Below are positions 20,141 to 30,369 of a DNA stretch of 64,000 nt, piece by piece; the stretch's first letter is position 1; every line of letters begins with the position of its first letter. The stretch is taken from the IMG/VR virus record IMGVR_UViG_2667527408_000002, positions 6,485 through 70,484 of that record. One strand, given 5' to 3'. Position numbers and translations under genes: made by a program. A model generated the notes under the pieces. The model was not told the origin of the DNA. It was given only the letters and a program-made list of their open reading frames with translations, and did no database searches. This stretch comes from a virus. Lineage: Duplodnaviria; Caudoviricetes.

Positions 20141-20346
20141 ACGGACAGTGTCAACAAACTGACGCGGAAACCTTTACTCGACTTCTATATTACGGAACGG
20201 TGCAGATGGGTATGGGCTCAGAGGAATTCTGGCTTATGCCCATCGGCCTGTTTCTGGACCTGTGGGCCTGCCACAAACAGTTTCTCGGCATGGAAAAGCC
20301 GAAGAAAACCCGGACGATTGACGATATCATTCCGCCCGGAATTTAA
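20125..20346 (+). CDS. gpT-like -1 frameshift extension (absent from ORF track)
   Basis: -1 frame reads RGSRVN...EEFWLMPIGLFLDLW...IDDIIPPGI*. Confidence 0.75.
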   Translation, partial: RGSRVNGQCQQTDAETFTRLLYYGTVQMGMGSEEFWLMPIGLFLDLWACHKQFLGMEKPKKTRTIDDIIPPGI

Positions 20347-20360
20347 GGAGGTGAGCACAA

Positions 20361-22784
20361 ATGGCGGACAATTTTGGCATAAAAATCGGCGTTGAGGGCG
20401 AGCGCGAATTTAAAAAGGCTCTTTCGGATATCAACCAGAGCTTTAAGGTCCTCGGTTCGGAAATGCAGCTGGTCACCAGCCAATTTGATAAAAACGATAA
20501 ATCCGTGCAGGCGCTCACCTCACGCAACGAAGTCCTAAACAAGGAAATCGACGCTCAGAAAAGCAAGATTGAAACCCTGCGTGCCGCTCTACAGAATGCC
20601 TCCGAATCCTTCGGTGAAAACGACCGCCGCACCCAAAATTGGCAGATTCAGCTGAACAAGGCGCAGGCGGAGCTTAATGGCATGGAGCGTGAGCTTGCAC
20701 AGTCAACGGAAGCTACCGACAACCTTGGCGACGAACTGAAGGATACCGCCGACGAAGCCGAAAAATCCGGCCCGAAATTTGAAAAACTGGGCGGTGTCCT
20801 CAAAGGCATCGGCGTAACAATAGGTGCGGTGGCTGTTGCGGCAGGCGCGGCGGCAATCAAGCTGGGTAAAGAGGTCGTGCAGCAGTTCGGCGAGCTGGAA
20901 CAGAATCTCGGAGGCTCGGAAGCGGTCTTCGGCGCATATGCCGCATCAATTCAGAAAACCGGTGAGGAAGCGTATAAAAATCTCGGTGTATCCCAGTCGG
21001 AATATCTGGCTACGGCCAACAAAATGGGCGCTCTGTTTCAGGGCTCCGGCATCGCACAGCAAAAAAGTCTGGAGCTGACCGAAAAGGCCATGCAACGTGC
21101 TGCGGATATGGCGTCAGTCATGGGCATCGATATGTCCACAGCCATGGAAGCCGTTACCGGCGCGGCGAAGGGCAACTTCACCATGATGGACAATTTGGGT
21201 GTCGCAATGAACGCGACCAGCGTTCAGGCTTACGCCGCCTCGAAGGGTCTGGATTTCGTATGGAATAGCGCGAGCAATGCCGAAAAAGCCGAAGTCGCCA
21301 TGCAGATGTTTTTTGAAAACACGGAGCAATACGCCGGCAACTTTGCAAGGGAATCCACTCAAACCATCAGCGGCTCTATCGGGCTGCTCCAAGCTGCCCT
21401 ATCTTCATTCACGGCGGGGCTTGGCAACGCAGATGCGGATATGACGAACCTGACGCAGAACCTTGTGGACGCGTTCCAATCTGTAGTAAAGAATGTCGTG
21501 CCAGTACTTGAAAACATTGTGGCGGCGCTTCCGCAGGCGACGGGAGCAATTTTGCAGGCGGTAGGTGACCTTCTCCCCATGCTGCTTAAAACGGTGACGA
21601 ACATCTTCACCCAGGTATTAAACACGATTCTGAATCTACTGCCAGAGCTTATTCCTGCCGCTGTTTCTGCTGTGATGACGATAATCGGCGCGCTGATTGA
21701 CAGCCTTCCGCTCCTCGTCGATGCTGCAGTGCAATTGGTAATGGCTCTGGTCGGCGGCATCGGCTCGGCTCTGCCAAAACTTATCCCAGCGGCAGTAAGC
21801 GCGGTCTCAACCATTGTTCAAGGCTTGGCGGATAACCTGCCCATGATTCTGGATGCGGCGCTGCAGCTCATTCTTGGGCTTGCTCAGGGTCTACTGGATG
21901 CGATTCCGCAGTTAATCGCCGCTCTGCCAGCCATCATTACCGCCATCGTTTCCTTTATCATTGCAGCGATACCACAGATTATCGACGCGGGCATCCAGCT
22001 ATTGGTGTCACTGGTAGAGGCACTGCCTGTAATTATTGAGGAAATTGTGGAAGCCATCCCGCAAATTATCGACGGAATTATTACGGCAGTCATTCAATCT
22101 ATCCCACTCATTATTGATGCGGGGGTGCGGCTCCTCATATCGCTGATTAAAAACCTACCCCTAATTATTACAACGGTGGTCAAAGCTATCCCGCAGATTG
22201 TCGGCAGTCTGGTGAACGCCATCGTCGGGAACATCGATAAGATTATCCTTGCGGGTGTTCAGCTGCTGGTCGCATTGATTGCGAACCTGCCGAAAATCAT
22301 CGTCGAGGTGGTCAAGGCGGTTCCGCAGATTATCACGGGACTGGTTAGAGCGTTCGCCAGCTATATTGGGAAGGTGGCTCAGGTTGGCGGTAACCTCATC
22401 AAAGGACTGTGGCAGGGCATCTCGGACGCGGGCGCATGGCTGTGGAACAAAATCAGCAGCTTTTTCGGTGGGATTGTAAACCGCATCAAGGACTTCTTCG
22501 GCATCCACTCTCCCTCCACTCTTTTTGCCGGGCTTGGCAAAAACATGGGTGAAGGCATCGGCGTAGGCTTTGAGGATGCTATGTCCGCCGTTTCACGAGA
22601 TATGCAGAACGCCATTCCCACACGGTTTGACATCAACGCGGGCGGCGTGTCCGGGCAAGGCGGGTACGCTTCCGGTGCTGGTATCACGCAGAACATCTCG
22701 GTGGTAACGCCAAAGGCGCTGTCCGAAAAGGAACTGGCGCGGGAATTCAGAAACCTCTCGCGCAAGCTGGCACTGGAGTATTAA
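20361..22784 (+). CDS. Tail tape measure protein
   Basis: Coiled-coil N-terminus, amphipathic PxII repeats, FGIHSPS. Confidence 0.92.
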   Translation: MADNFGIKIGVEGEREFKKALSDINQSFKVLGSEMQLVTSQFDKNDKSVQALTSRNEVLNKEIDAQKSKIETLRAALQNASESFGENDRRTQNWQIQLNKAQAELNGMERELAQSTEATDNLGDELKDTADEAEKSGPKFEKLGGVLKGIGVTIGAVAVAAGAAAIKLGKEVVQQFGELEQNLGGSEAVFGAYAASIQKTGEEAYKNLGVSQSEYLATANKMGALFQGSGIAQQKSLELTEKAMQRAADMASVMGIDMSTAMEAVTGAAKGNFTMMDNLGVAMNATSVQAYAASKGLDFVWNSASNAEKAEVAMQMFFENTEQYAGNFARESTQTISGSIGLLQAALSSFTAGLGNADADMTNLTQNLVDAFQSVVKNVVPVLENIVAALPQATGAILQAVGDLLPMLLKTVTNIFTQVLNTILNLLPELIPAAVSAVMTIIGALIDSLPLLVDAAVQLVMALVGGIGSALPKLIPAAVSAVSTIVQGLADNLPMILDAALQLILGLAQGLLDAIPQLIAALPAIITAIVSFIIAAIPQIIDAGIQLLVSLVEALPVIIEEIVEAIPQIIDGIITAVIQSIPLIIDAGVRLLISLIKNLPLIITTVVKAIPQIVGSLVNAIVGNIDKIILAGVQLLVALIANLPKIIVEVVKAVPQIITGLVRAFASYIGKVAQVGGNLIKGLWQGISDAGAWLWNKISSFFGGIVNRIKDFFGIHSPSTLFAGLGKNMGEGIGVGFEDAMSAVSRDMQNAIPTRFDINAGGVSGQGGYASGAGITQNISVVTPKALSEKELAREFRNLSRKLALEY

Positions 22785-22797
22785 AGGAGGGACGGCT

Positions 22798-23649
22798 ATG
22801 GAAATAACCTATATCAATGCAAACGGCAAAAGCATCACGCTCAAACAAAGCCGCCCGTATTTTCTTAAGAAAATAGACGGCACTGGCGACATCCGTCAGA
22901 CCGTTAACACGTTCAAGGCACCGGATCAGGACGGTGCTTTTTACATCTCCTCAACGCTGGATATGCGTAATATCACGCTGGAAGGCACAGTCATCGCGGA
23001 CACACCTGATGAAGCCTACGCACGAAGGCACAGTTTCCTTCAAATATTCAGCCCCAAGGTGAACGGAACGCTCCTGTACCGGGAGCGGCAGATTTCCTGC
23101 GTGGTGGAGGAAGCGGGGTTTACCGTCTCCACCCGGCAGCGGATACCCGGCTTTTTTGTCAGTTTGCTCTGCCCGTCTCCCTTCTTCGAGACACAGGATG
23201 AAGTTCGCGAGGAACTGGCATCATGGATACCGATGTTCGAATTTGAACTGGGTATACCGGAAAGCGGTATGGAATTCGGAATGCGCCAGCCCAGCCAGAT
23301 CATCACGGTAGACAACATTGGCGACGTTTCATGCGGCTGTGAAATTGTGTTTCGGGCGCTGGGTACGGTGACAAATCCGGAACTGCTGAATATGGACACG
23401 GGGGGATACATCCGGCTCCTCACGACAATGAGCATCGGGGATGAGCTCCGGGTATACACGCATTTTGCCGGAAAGCGCGTGGTCAGCGTTGACGGTTCGA
23501 CAATAACAAACGCATTCTCTCTATTGGATACCGGGTCGGCGTTTTTCCAACTTGCCGCCGGGGTGAATACTTTGCGTTATGACGCTTCAGTCAATATGGA
23601 ACTACTGGAGGTCAGCATTTATTATCGGCCACAGTTTCTGGGGGTGTAA
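22798..23649 (+). CDS. Distal tail (Dit) protein
   Basis: Follows tape measure; LLCPSPFF, FFQL..GVN.L.Y. Confidence 0.85.
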   Translation: MEITYINANGKSITLKQSRPYFLKKIDGTGDIRQTVNTFKAPDQDGAFYISSTLDMRNITLEGTVIADTPDEAYARRHSFLQIFSPKVNGTLLYRERQISCVVEEAGFTVSTRQRIPGFFVSLLCPSPFFETQDEVREELASWIPMFEFELGIPESGMEFGMRQPSQIITVDNIGDVSCGCEIVFRALGTVTNPELLNMDTGGYIRLLTTMSIGDELRVYTHFAGKRVVSVDGSTITNAFSLLDTGSAFFQLAAGVNTLRYDASVNMELLEVSIYYRPQFLGV

Positions 23650-23651
23650 GG

Positions 23652-25568
23652 ATGGAACTGTATATCTATAATTCGGACCGGGAGCTTACGGGCATTGTGG
23701 AATCCTTTGAATATCTGCGCTGGACGAGGCGTTATTCCCAGTGTGGCTCCTTCGAACTGCGGGCCATAGCGACACCGGAAAATACCACGCTCCTGCAAGA
23801 AGGTAACTTTATCTGGAAGAACGACGATGAGGAAGCCGGAATCATTGAACATCTGGAAATGCTTCAGGCAGAGCAGGAAATTATCACGGCAAGCGGCCGT
23901 TTTGCAACCTCTTTCCTATCTCGACGTATCGTCTGGCAAACGGAGGTACTGTCCGGTGACCTTTCTGCCTGTGTGGAGCAGCTTTTAAATAATAACCTCA
24001 TCAGTCCAACTGATACGGCGCGGCAAATCGACGGCATAGTTTTCTCGTCCCCTAACCTGAGCGTACCCGTCAGCACACAAATATCGTACCGGGGCCTGAT
24101 GGATGTAATAACGGAATTATGCGGTGCTTCAGAAATCGGCATTAAGACCGTATTCACTCCGGCAACGCACATCTTTACCGTAACACTGTATAAAGGTGCC
24201 GACTCTCAGGCGGTGTTCTCCAAGGAATACGAAAACCTAACGGAACAAAGCTATACGGAGAGCGCGGCGGATTACGCCAACACCGCTCTCATCGGCGGCG
24301 AGGGTGAAGGCGAAAGCCGCACATTTGTCGCTATTACAAGCGGCTCCGGAGAGACCCGGCGAGAAATTTTCGTAGATGCCAAGGACCTGCAAGCGGCAGA
24401 TTTCGGTACAGGTTACACCGACGCGCTAATCTTCCGGGGACAGAGCAAGCTGAGCGAGCAGGGAATCCGATATTCGTTCGACACATCGGTAAACCCTCAC
24501 GGCAACCTGACCTACAAGACAGATTTTGACCTTGGGCAGACAGTTAAAGTCATTTCCAAGGCGTGGGGCGTATCCATGACGACACGCATCACTGAAATCG
24601 AAGAAACTTATGACGCGGACGGTCTGAGTATCAGCGTTGTGTTTGGCAAGGCGGAGTTAACAATAGCGCAGAAGATCCGGTCCGACATGAGCGAGGTCAA
24701 AACAGCACTTTCTGCTCCGACCGGGATAACCGAAGTAACAGAAGCCCTGGACGCGGTGGAGGGAACGCTGGGAAATCTGTCGGAGGTGGACCCGGAAATT
24801 CAAGGAGAAACCTTTACAGCCACCGTGAACAATTTGTTTGGAAAGCTGCCTGCGCTTGAAATAACTGTGGGCGCAGGCACGATATCGGTCGGGCAATATG
24901 CCCTACATCATATGGAGCCGGGAGACTCGTTATATTTCACCTCGTGGAGCGGCAACAAATTCAGCGACCAGCCAAGTGACGACGGTCATGTCTTTCTGGT
25001 AAAGCACAATGGTGACAATACGGGAAGCGGATACCAGCGGGCAATGGGCTTCTTTATATCTCGCAATACCATGACGTTTTATGTGATTTCCATTTTCGTT
25101 TACAACAATCCATCCGGCGAGGCGAACTGGCTGAATATCAACAATGAACCTATCACTACAACGCGGATTGCAACCGGAGCGGTCACCGGAGTAAAGATCG
25201 CGGACCGCACCATTACCGCTGTTAAAATTGCGTCTGCGCTGACCGATTACTCCGCAACAGAACAAAACACCGGGCGACTATGGATAGACGGCAAGACCAT
25301 TTACCGAAAAGAAATCAATCTCGGCTATCTTCCGAATGCGGTGCCGGGAAGCGTAGCGCACGGTATATCCAATCTTAGCACAGTTGTCAGCCTATCGGGC
25401 TTCGCTACAAACGGGACGGTGTTCCTGCCGTTACCGCTTGCACGATACAACAACTTTGCTTCCCAGATTGGTCTCTACGCGGATACCACCAATATTATCG
25501 TCGAACCCGGAAATGACCGAACCGCATATACGGGCTACGTGATAATTGAATATACAAAAACAAGCTAA
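23652..25568 (+). CDS. ReqiPepy6 Gp37-like tail/hub protein with C-terminal extension
   Basis: W.RRY...GSFEL, RREIFVDA, DFDLG; C-terminal WIDGK.IYRK...IEYTK domain. Confidence 0.8.
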   Translation: MELYIYNSDRELTGIVESFEYLRWTRRYSQCGSFELRAIATPENTTLLQEGNFIWKNDDEEAGIIEHLEMLQAEQEIITASGRFATSFLSRRIVWQTEVLSGDLSACVEQLLNNNLISPTDTARQIDGIVFSSPNLSVPVSTQISYRGLMDVITELCGASEIGIKTVFTPATHIFTVTLYKGADSQAVFSKEYENLTEQSYTESAADYANTALIGGEGEGESRTFVAITSGSGETRREIFVDAKDLQAADFGTGYTDALIFRGQSKLSEQGIRYSFDTSVNPHGNLTYKTDFDLGQTVKVISKAWGVSMTTRITEIEETYDADGLSISVVFGKAELTIAQKIRSDMSEVKTALSAPTGITEVTEALDAVEGTLGNLSEVDPEIQGETFTATVNNLFGKLPALEITVGAGTISVGQYALHHMEPGDSLYFTSWSGNKFSDQPSDDGHVFLVKHNGDNTGSGYQRAMGFFISRNTMTFYVISIFVYNNPSGEANWLNINNEPITTTRIATGAVTGVKIADRTITAVKIASALTDYSATEQNTGRLWIDGKTIYRKEINLGYLPNAVPGSVAHGISNLSTVVSLSGFATNGTVFLPLPLARYNNFASQIGLYADTTNIIVEPGNDRTAYTGYVIIEYTKTS

Positions 25569-25586
25569 GCAAGGAGGAAACAGCGC

Positions 25587-26090
25587 ATGGAGAAAAGCGG
25601 ATTTTTTAACTCATCGGATGGAGACAGAGTCTATGACGCGACGGATTTCGCGGCATATTTCGGAAACCTTGTGTCAAACGGTGTATTTTACGCATCTGCG
25701 ACGAACCTGCAGGCAACGCCTGGAAACGGGCTGGCGGTGAGCGTGGCGGAAGGTAGCGCTTGGATTAACGGATACCGGTATGAAAATACAGACGACCTAA
25801 ACCTGCCGCTCACCACGGCAAACGGAAGTAATCCCCGAATTGACCGAATTGTGGTTCGTTTAAGCCAGGTCAGCCGGAATATTCAGCTTGCCGTTGTCGA
25901 TGGCACTCCCGCCGCGACGCCGTCAGCTCCGGCGCTGACAAGGACCAGCGACGTCTATGAGCTTGGCATCGCCGATGTGCTGATACCGGCCGCTGCAACA
26001 TCAATAGCCACAAATAACATCACAGATACCCGGCTGAATACCAGCCTTTGCGGGCTGGTTAATTCTCTTGTGACGGCAGTCTATGAATGA
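25587..26090 (+). CDS. Baseplate/tail protein
   Basis: GFFNS..GDRVY.A; RIDRIVVRL; ITDTR....CG. Confidence 0.75.
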   Translation: MEKSGFFNSSDGDRVYDATDFAAYFGNLVSNGVFYASATNLQATPGNGLAVSVAEGSAWINGYRYENTDDLNLPLTTANGSNPRIDRIVVRLSQVSRNIQLAVVDGTPAATPSAPALTRTSDVYELGIADVLIPAAATSIATNNITDTRLNTSLCGLVNSLVTAVYE

Positions 26091-26104
26091 GGAGGTGAAC
26101 AACG

Positions 26105-28459
26105 ATGGCGGATATTTACGGCGTAACGCTACAGGCAGGTTCAAGCCCAACCGTCTATTACACCATTACCTATTCCAAGAGCCGACCGAACAATAGCCAG
26201 ATGACCTATAACTTCACCATTTCCGCCGCGCTGGGTTCCTCTGGCTCCTACATCCACAGCGGCTACGCCCTGCTCTGTACCATGACTGTAAACGGCTCAT
26301 CTGCACAAGTGCGCATCAAGGCGGCGGACGGCGACGACTGGGATGGAACCACACCGAGGCTTAGATATGTTTCGGTCACATGTGCTTCCACTACGGGAAA
26401 CACCGCACAGGGCGTGCGCTTTCAGGTGGTGTCGGACGGACGGCTTCCTCTATCCTCCGGCGTAATCGATAACTCAAGCTACACCGTGTTAAGTTCGGCT
26501 CTTCTGACCACGGCCTGCGGAGCACCGACCTCCTGCTCGGTCAGTCCGATACTTGCGGAAGGAACCGTGAGCCTTTCCTGGAGCGGAGCTTCCGGGGGCA
26601 TAAACAACGCGATTTCCAGTTATGAAATCCAATACAGTGATTCCACTGACAATCTCACTTGGGGAGCCTGGACTGCACTGACAACGGTGACTACCACGGC
26701 TACAAGCGGCAGTGTATCAGTTGATCCGCCTTCGACGCGCGGGAATTACCGCAGATTCCAGGTGCGAACGCGTGGTACGGCAGGAGCAAGTTATTACTCC
26801 GGCTGGAAAGTATCCACGAACTCCGTCCGCAGGAATACGGCACCGAGTCCAGCTGCATCAGTCGTTGCTTCTCCCGCAGCCTACAGTAATGAGACAATAA
26901 CGCTGACTTGGAGCGGAGCCTCCGGCGGCACCAGTCCGGTTAAGGGCTACCAGATCGCCAGCCGAACATCATTGGACAACAGCTCCTGGAGCGCGTGGAA
27001 TGTGTTGGCCATTCTGATACTTTCCGCCAGCGGTGGCAGCTACAACCCGGTTGTATCAAGCACACCGGGGACTTATACGCAGTTTGGTATCTGGACAATC
27101 GACACCTTTGATGTCTATTCTGTAGAGAAAATCAGTAACAGCGTCTACTGCGACGTCACAGCTTGCGGAGCGCCGACCGTCTGCTCGGTAAGCGCGGCAT
27201 TAGCTGAAGGAAATGTCACTCTCTCGTGGAGCGGCGCAACTAATGGCGCGGGCAACGCCATCACGTCCTATGAAATACAATACAGCGACTCTCCCGACAA
27301 CAGCAGCTGGGGCGATTGGATGGCTCTGACCACGGTGAGCACCTCGGCGACAAATGGCAGCTTGAGTGTCGGCCCTCCCGCCATGCGCGGCAATTACCGC
27401 CGGTTTCGGATACGGACGCGAGGTGCCGCCGGTGAAAGTTTCTATTCCGACTGGACGGTGTCCAGCAATACTGTTCGCAGAAATACATTGCCAACTCCGC
27501 CGACATCTTTTACCGCCGCACCCGCGATTTATGAAGGCGTTGTCGTAACACTTGCATGGAGTGGAGCAGCGCCCGGAACCAGCACCATCAAGCAGTACGT
27601 TATCCAACGTTCAATCTCTACGGATGGAACGAACTGGTCGGCATACGAGGCTCTTACAATTGTTGTTTCAAGTTCCACCTCGGGAATGTATTCGGCGAAC
27701 GCTTCCCAGATAGCCGGAACGTATACTCGTTACCGTATCAGTGTTACCGATACTTTAGACGCGGTTTCCGCTTATGTAATCAGCGGGACGGTAAAGAAAA
27801 ACAGTCCTCCGTCTGCTCCGGTAATCGTCTGCCCGCCGTCCGGCGGTTCCAGCTACAATACCACACCGCGTTTTATGATTACAACAGGCGTCGAACCGGA
27901 CGGCCAGTCGCAGATTGTGGAAGTAAGAATCGATACAGGTGCTTGGATCAACAGTGTGGACAATCCCGAGCGGTTTTCCACGAGCGGATACCTTGGGAAC
28001 GGCGTTAAAACAGTTTCTCAGGCGGAAACACTGGCAGCGGGAAGTCATTCCATTACCATCCGCTGCCTCGACAGCGATATCGAGTCGGCCAGTCCGGAGG
28101 TTGTCCGCACTTTTACAATACTGACGACGCCGTTCGAGACAATTACCGCGAACGAAACCCATGTGAAGGTGGCGCATATCCAGACACTCCGAACCGCTGT
28201 AAACATGGTACGAAGCTATTATGGCCTGTCTCCTGCAACTTGGAGCGAGGAAATTGCAGTTGGAAAAACCACGGTCAAAAACTGGCCGTTCCACATCACG
28301 GAACTTCGAAAAGCCATCGAGCCTGTCATTACGGCGGTCAACGGTTTCGATTCCTCATCGTCTTTTGATATCCCGCCCTTAACTTGGCTGTCCATCGGAG
28401 CAGGACGGCCCAAAGCGGATGTGATGCAGCAAATTCATAATTTAATTCTAACACTTTAA
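26105..28459 (+). CDS. Ser/Thr-rich tail protein with FN3-like repeats
   Basis: Four L.WSGA...Y.I units in an ABAB arrangement. Confidence 0.75.
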   Translation: MADIYGVTLQAGSSPTVYYTITYSKSRPNNSQMTYNFTISAALGSSGSYIHSGYALLCTMTVNGSSAQVRIKAADGDDWDGTTPRLRYVSVTCASTTGNTAQGVRFQVVSDGRLPLSSGVIDNSSYTVLSSALLTTACGAPTSCSVSPILAEGTVSLSWSGASGGINNAISSYEIQYSDSTDNLTWGAWTALTTVTTTATSGSVSVDPPSTRGNYRRFQVRTRGTAGASYYSGWKVSTNSVRRNTAPSPAASVVASPAAYSNETITLTWSGASGGTSPVKGYQIASRTSLDNSSWSAWNVLAILILSASGGSYNPVVSSTPGTYTQFGIWTIDTFDVYSVEKISNSVYCDVTACGAPTVCSVSAALAEGNVTLSWSGATNGAGNAITSYEIQYSDSPDNSSWGDWMALTTVSTSATNGSLSVGPPAMRGNYRRFRIRTRGAAGESFYSDWTVSSNTVRRNTLPTPPTSFTAAPAIYEGVVVTLAWSGAAPGTSTIKQYVIQRSISTDGTNWSAYEALTIVVSSSTSGMYSANASQIAGTYTRYRISVTDTLDAVSAYVISGTVKKNSPPSAPVIVCPPSGGSSYNTTPRFMITTGVEPDGQSQIVEVRIDTGAWINSVDNPERFSTSGYLGNGVKTVSQAETLAAGSHSITIRCLDSDIESASPEVVRTFTILTTPFETITANETHVKVAHIQTLRTAVNMVRSYYGLSPATWSEEIAVGKTTVKNWPFHITELRKAIEPVITAVNGFDSSSSFDIPPLTWLSIGAGRPKADVMQQIHNLILTL

Positions 28460-28532
28460 CACAGTGTGGATGATGCGCCTTTGCGGTTGTGGGGCGCATT
28501 TTTCATATGCAAAACTAAAAGGAGGACTCCCA

Positions 28533-28961
28533 ATGAAAGAAGTATGGAACTGGATTCAAATATTGGTGGCAGCGGCCGGAGGCTTCTTCGGCTGGTTTTT
28601 CGGCGGCTTTGACGGCTTTTTGTATGCGCTGCTTGTGTTCGTAGTTGTAGACTACATCACCGGTGTCATGTGCGCCATAGCAGATAAAAAGCTATCCAGC
28701 GAGGTCGGCTTCAAGGGCATATGCAAGAAGGTACTGATTTTTGTAATGGTGGGCGTCGCGCACATTATGGACATCTATCTCATCGGCAACGGCGAGGTAC
28801 TCCGTACCGCCGTCATCTTTTTCTACTGCTCCAACGAGGGTGTGTCCATGCTGGAAAATGCGGCTCACCTGGGGCTGCCCATTCCCGAAAAGCTCAAAGC
28901 GGCTCTGGAGCAGCTTCACGGGCGGAGCGACGATTCGTCAAGGCCGGGTGACGGAGCATGA
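28533..28961 (+). CDS. Holin (phage holin 4/Cph1-like)
   Basis: DYITGV, SS.VGFKG..KK, NEGVS.LEN...LG.P.P. Confidence 0.88.
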   Translation: MKEVWNWIQILVAAAGGFFGWFFGGFDGFLYALLVFVVVDYITGVMCAIADKKLSSEVGFKGICKKVLIFVMVGVAHIMDIYLIGNGEVLRTAVIFFYCSNEGVSMLENAAHLGLPIPEKLKAALEQLHGRSDDSSRPGDGA

Positions 28962-30346
28962 TTGATTTAACAAAAGCCGCGACAGTATTCATCGGTCGAC
29001 AGGGCGAAAACCATTTTCGCAATCTGGAGTTTGATGTCTCCAGCCTGCTTGGTGACGAATATCCCGGTGAGACGTTGACCGCCATTTACAAACGGCCGGA
29101 CGGCGTCGCTTATCCCGTAGTCACAAGCTATGCGGACGGCGTGCTGACCTGGTCGCCTAGTTCGACGGAAACTGAAATTGTCGGCGTGGGACAACTGGAA
29201 ATCAGAGTTACCCAAGAGGACGTTGTCGGGAAAAGCGTGCGGGTACTCACCATCGTGGAGGAGGCTCTTGCGGACGGGATAGCCGAACCGCCGGAGCCGC
29301 CCGCACAGGAATGGCTGAATCAGGTGCTGACAGCTCTCGCCGCAATTGATGTGAATGACACCTACGCGCTGCTCAATCTTACGTACAACCTATTAAATGA
29401 TAACTATACTTTGCTCGGTACCACACATGACCAGATGGAAAGCATGCGTGATACGCTGTATACCCGCACCGGGATTATTCTCAATCATCTGCATCCGGTG
29501 GAGACTGCCTCGGCACCGGACATGGCAAGCCGCAGAGCATCCATTACCTTTACCGGAATCTCGGCGGGCAGCAATATGGTGATGGACAGCGTGACCTATT
29601 TGTTTGTTGCGGCACTGGGAAGTCCGGTGGCAAATACCGTGCAGGTACTGATTCAGAGCAATCTCAGCGACACTGTCAAAAAGATTGCCGAAGCCATACG
29701 GGGCGTTCAGGATGCGGAAAACATCGCATATGGCAGCGGAACCAATCCGCACCCCACCTGTACGGGGTACTGGACAAAGCAGAGGTTTTCCATTGGGGAC
29801 ATTTCCGTTGCTCCCGGAGAAAGCCTGTTCCTGCTGGAAAAAGCAGAGGACGTCAATACCGCCCTGACGCTGACCTCCACCGCCGCATCAACCATCAACG
29901 CATTCATTCGGATGCCGCACCTGCGGTATGTTTTGTCGGGCAATGTCCTCGGCTCGGGCGGCACCAACAGCGTAAGAGGGCCTTTGCATACCATTCTGCC
30001 CATCGGCAGCATTGTAATCGGCGGTCAGGACGACCCTCTTATCCCGGTACCTTACGACTGCCACCTGGTCACCATTTGCCGCCAATCGGACACCACCGAA
30101 AAGGAGCTGGACTTCTATATCTCAAACAACGAGCAGACCTTTACCCGAATTTCGAGAAGTACGCCACTCGGTGCGGATAGCTCCACAGAGGCCCAGCACG
30201 CTCAGATCGCTATGCGGCAAAGCAGAGTGCCTGCCGGCTACGGGCTATACGCTCGCATTGGGAGCAACGGCACATCGGCGACCGCTTACTGTGATCTGAA
30301 GTTTACCTACCATCTGTACCCGGCCGCTCTTGCGGCTTACATTTAA
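28958..30346 (+). CDS. Hypothetical protein with BppU-like N-terminus
   Basis: GRQGEN...FD...KRPDG..YPV N-terminal pattern of phage fiber anchors; ATGA overlap with holin. Confidence 0.6.
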   Translation: MIDLTKAATVFIGRQGENHFRNLEFDVSSLLGDEYPGETLTAIYKRPDGVAYPVVTSYADGVLTWSPSSTETEIVGVGQLEIRVTQEDVVGKSVRVLTIVEEALADGIAEPPEPPAQEWLNQVLTALAAIDVNDTYALLNLTYNLLNDNYTLLGTTHDQMESMRDTLYTRTGIILNHLHPVETASAPDMASRRASITFTGISAGSNMVMDSVTYLFVAALGSPVANTVQVLIQSNLSDTVKKIAEAIRGVQDAENIAYGSGTNPHPTCTGYWTKQRFSIGDISVAPGESLFLLEKAEDVNTALTLTSTAASTINAFIRMPHLRYVLSGNVLGSGGTNSVRGPLHTILPIGSIVIGGQDDPLIPVPYDCHLVTICRQSDTTEKELDFYISNNEQTFTRISRSTPLGADSSTEAQHAQIAMRQSRVPAGYGLYARIGSNGTSATAYCDLKFTYHLYPAALAAYI

Positions 30347-30369
30347 ATTAAACTGCGAGGTGCTTTTTT

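Noticed and set aside
23652-30346. Diversity-generating retroelement or shufflon in the tail genes
   Set aside because: No reverse transcriptase, no adenine-specific TR/VR pair and no inverted cassettes seen; the repeats are ordinary domain duplications
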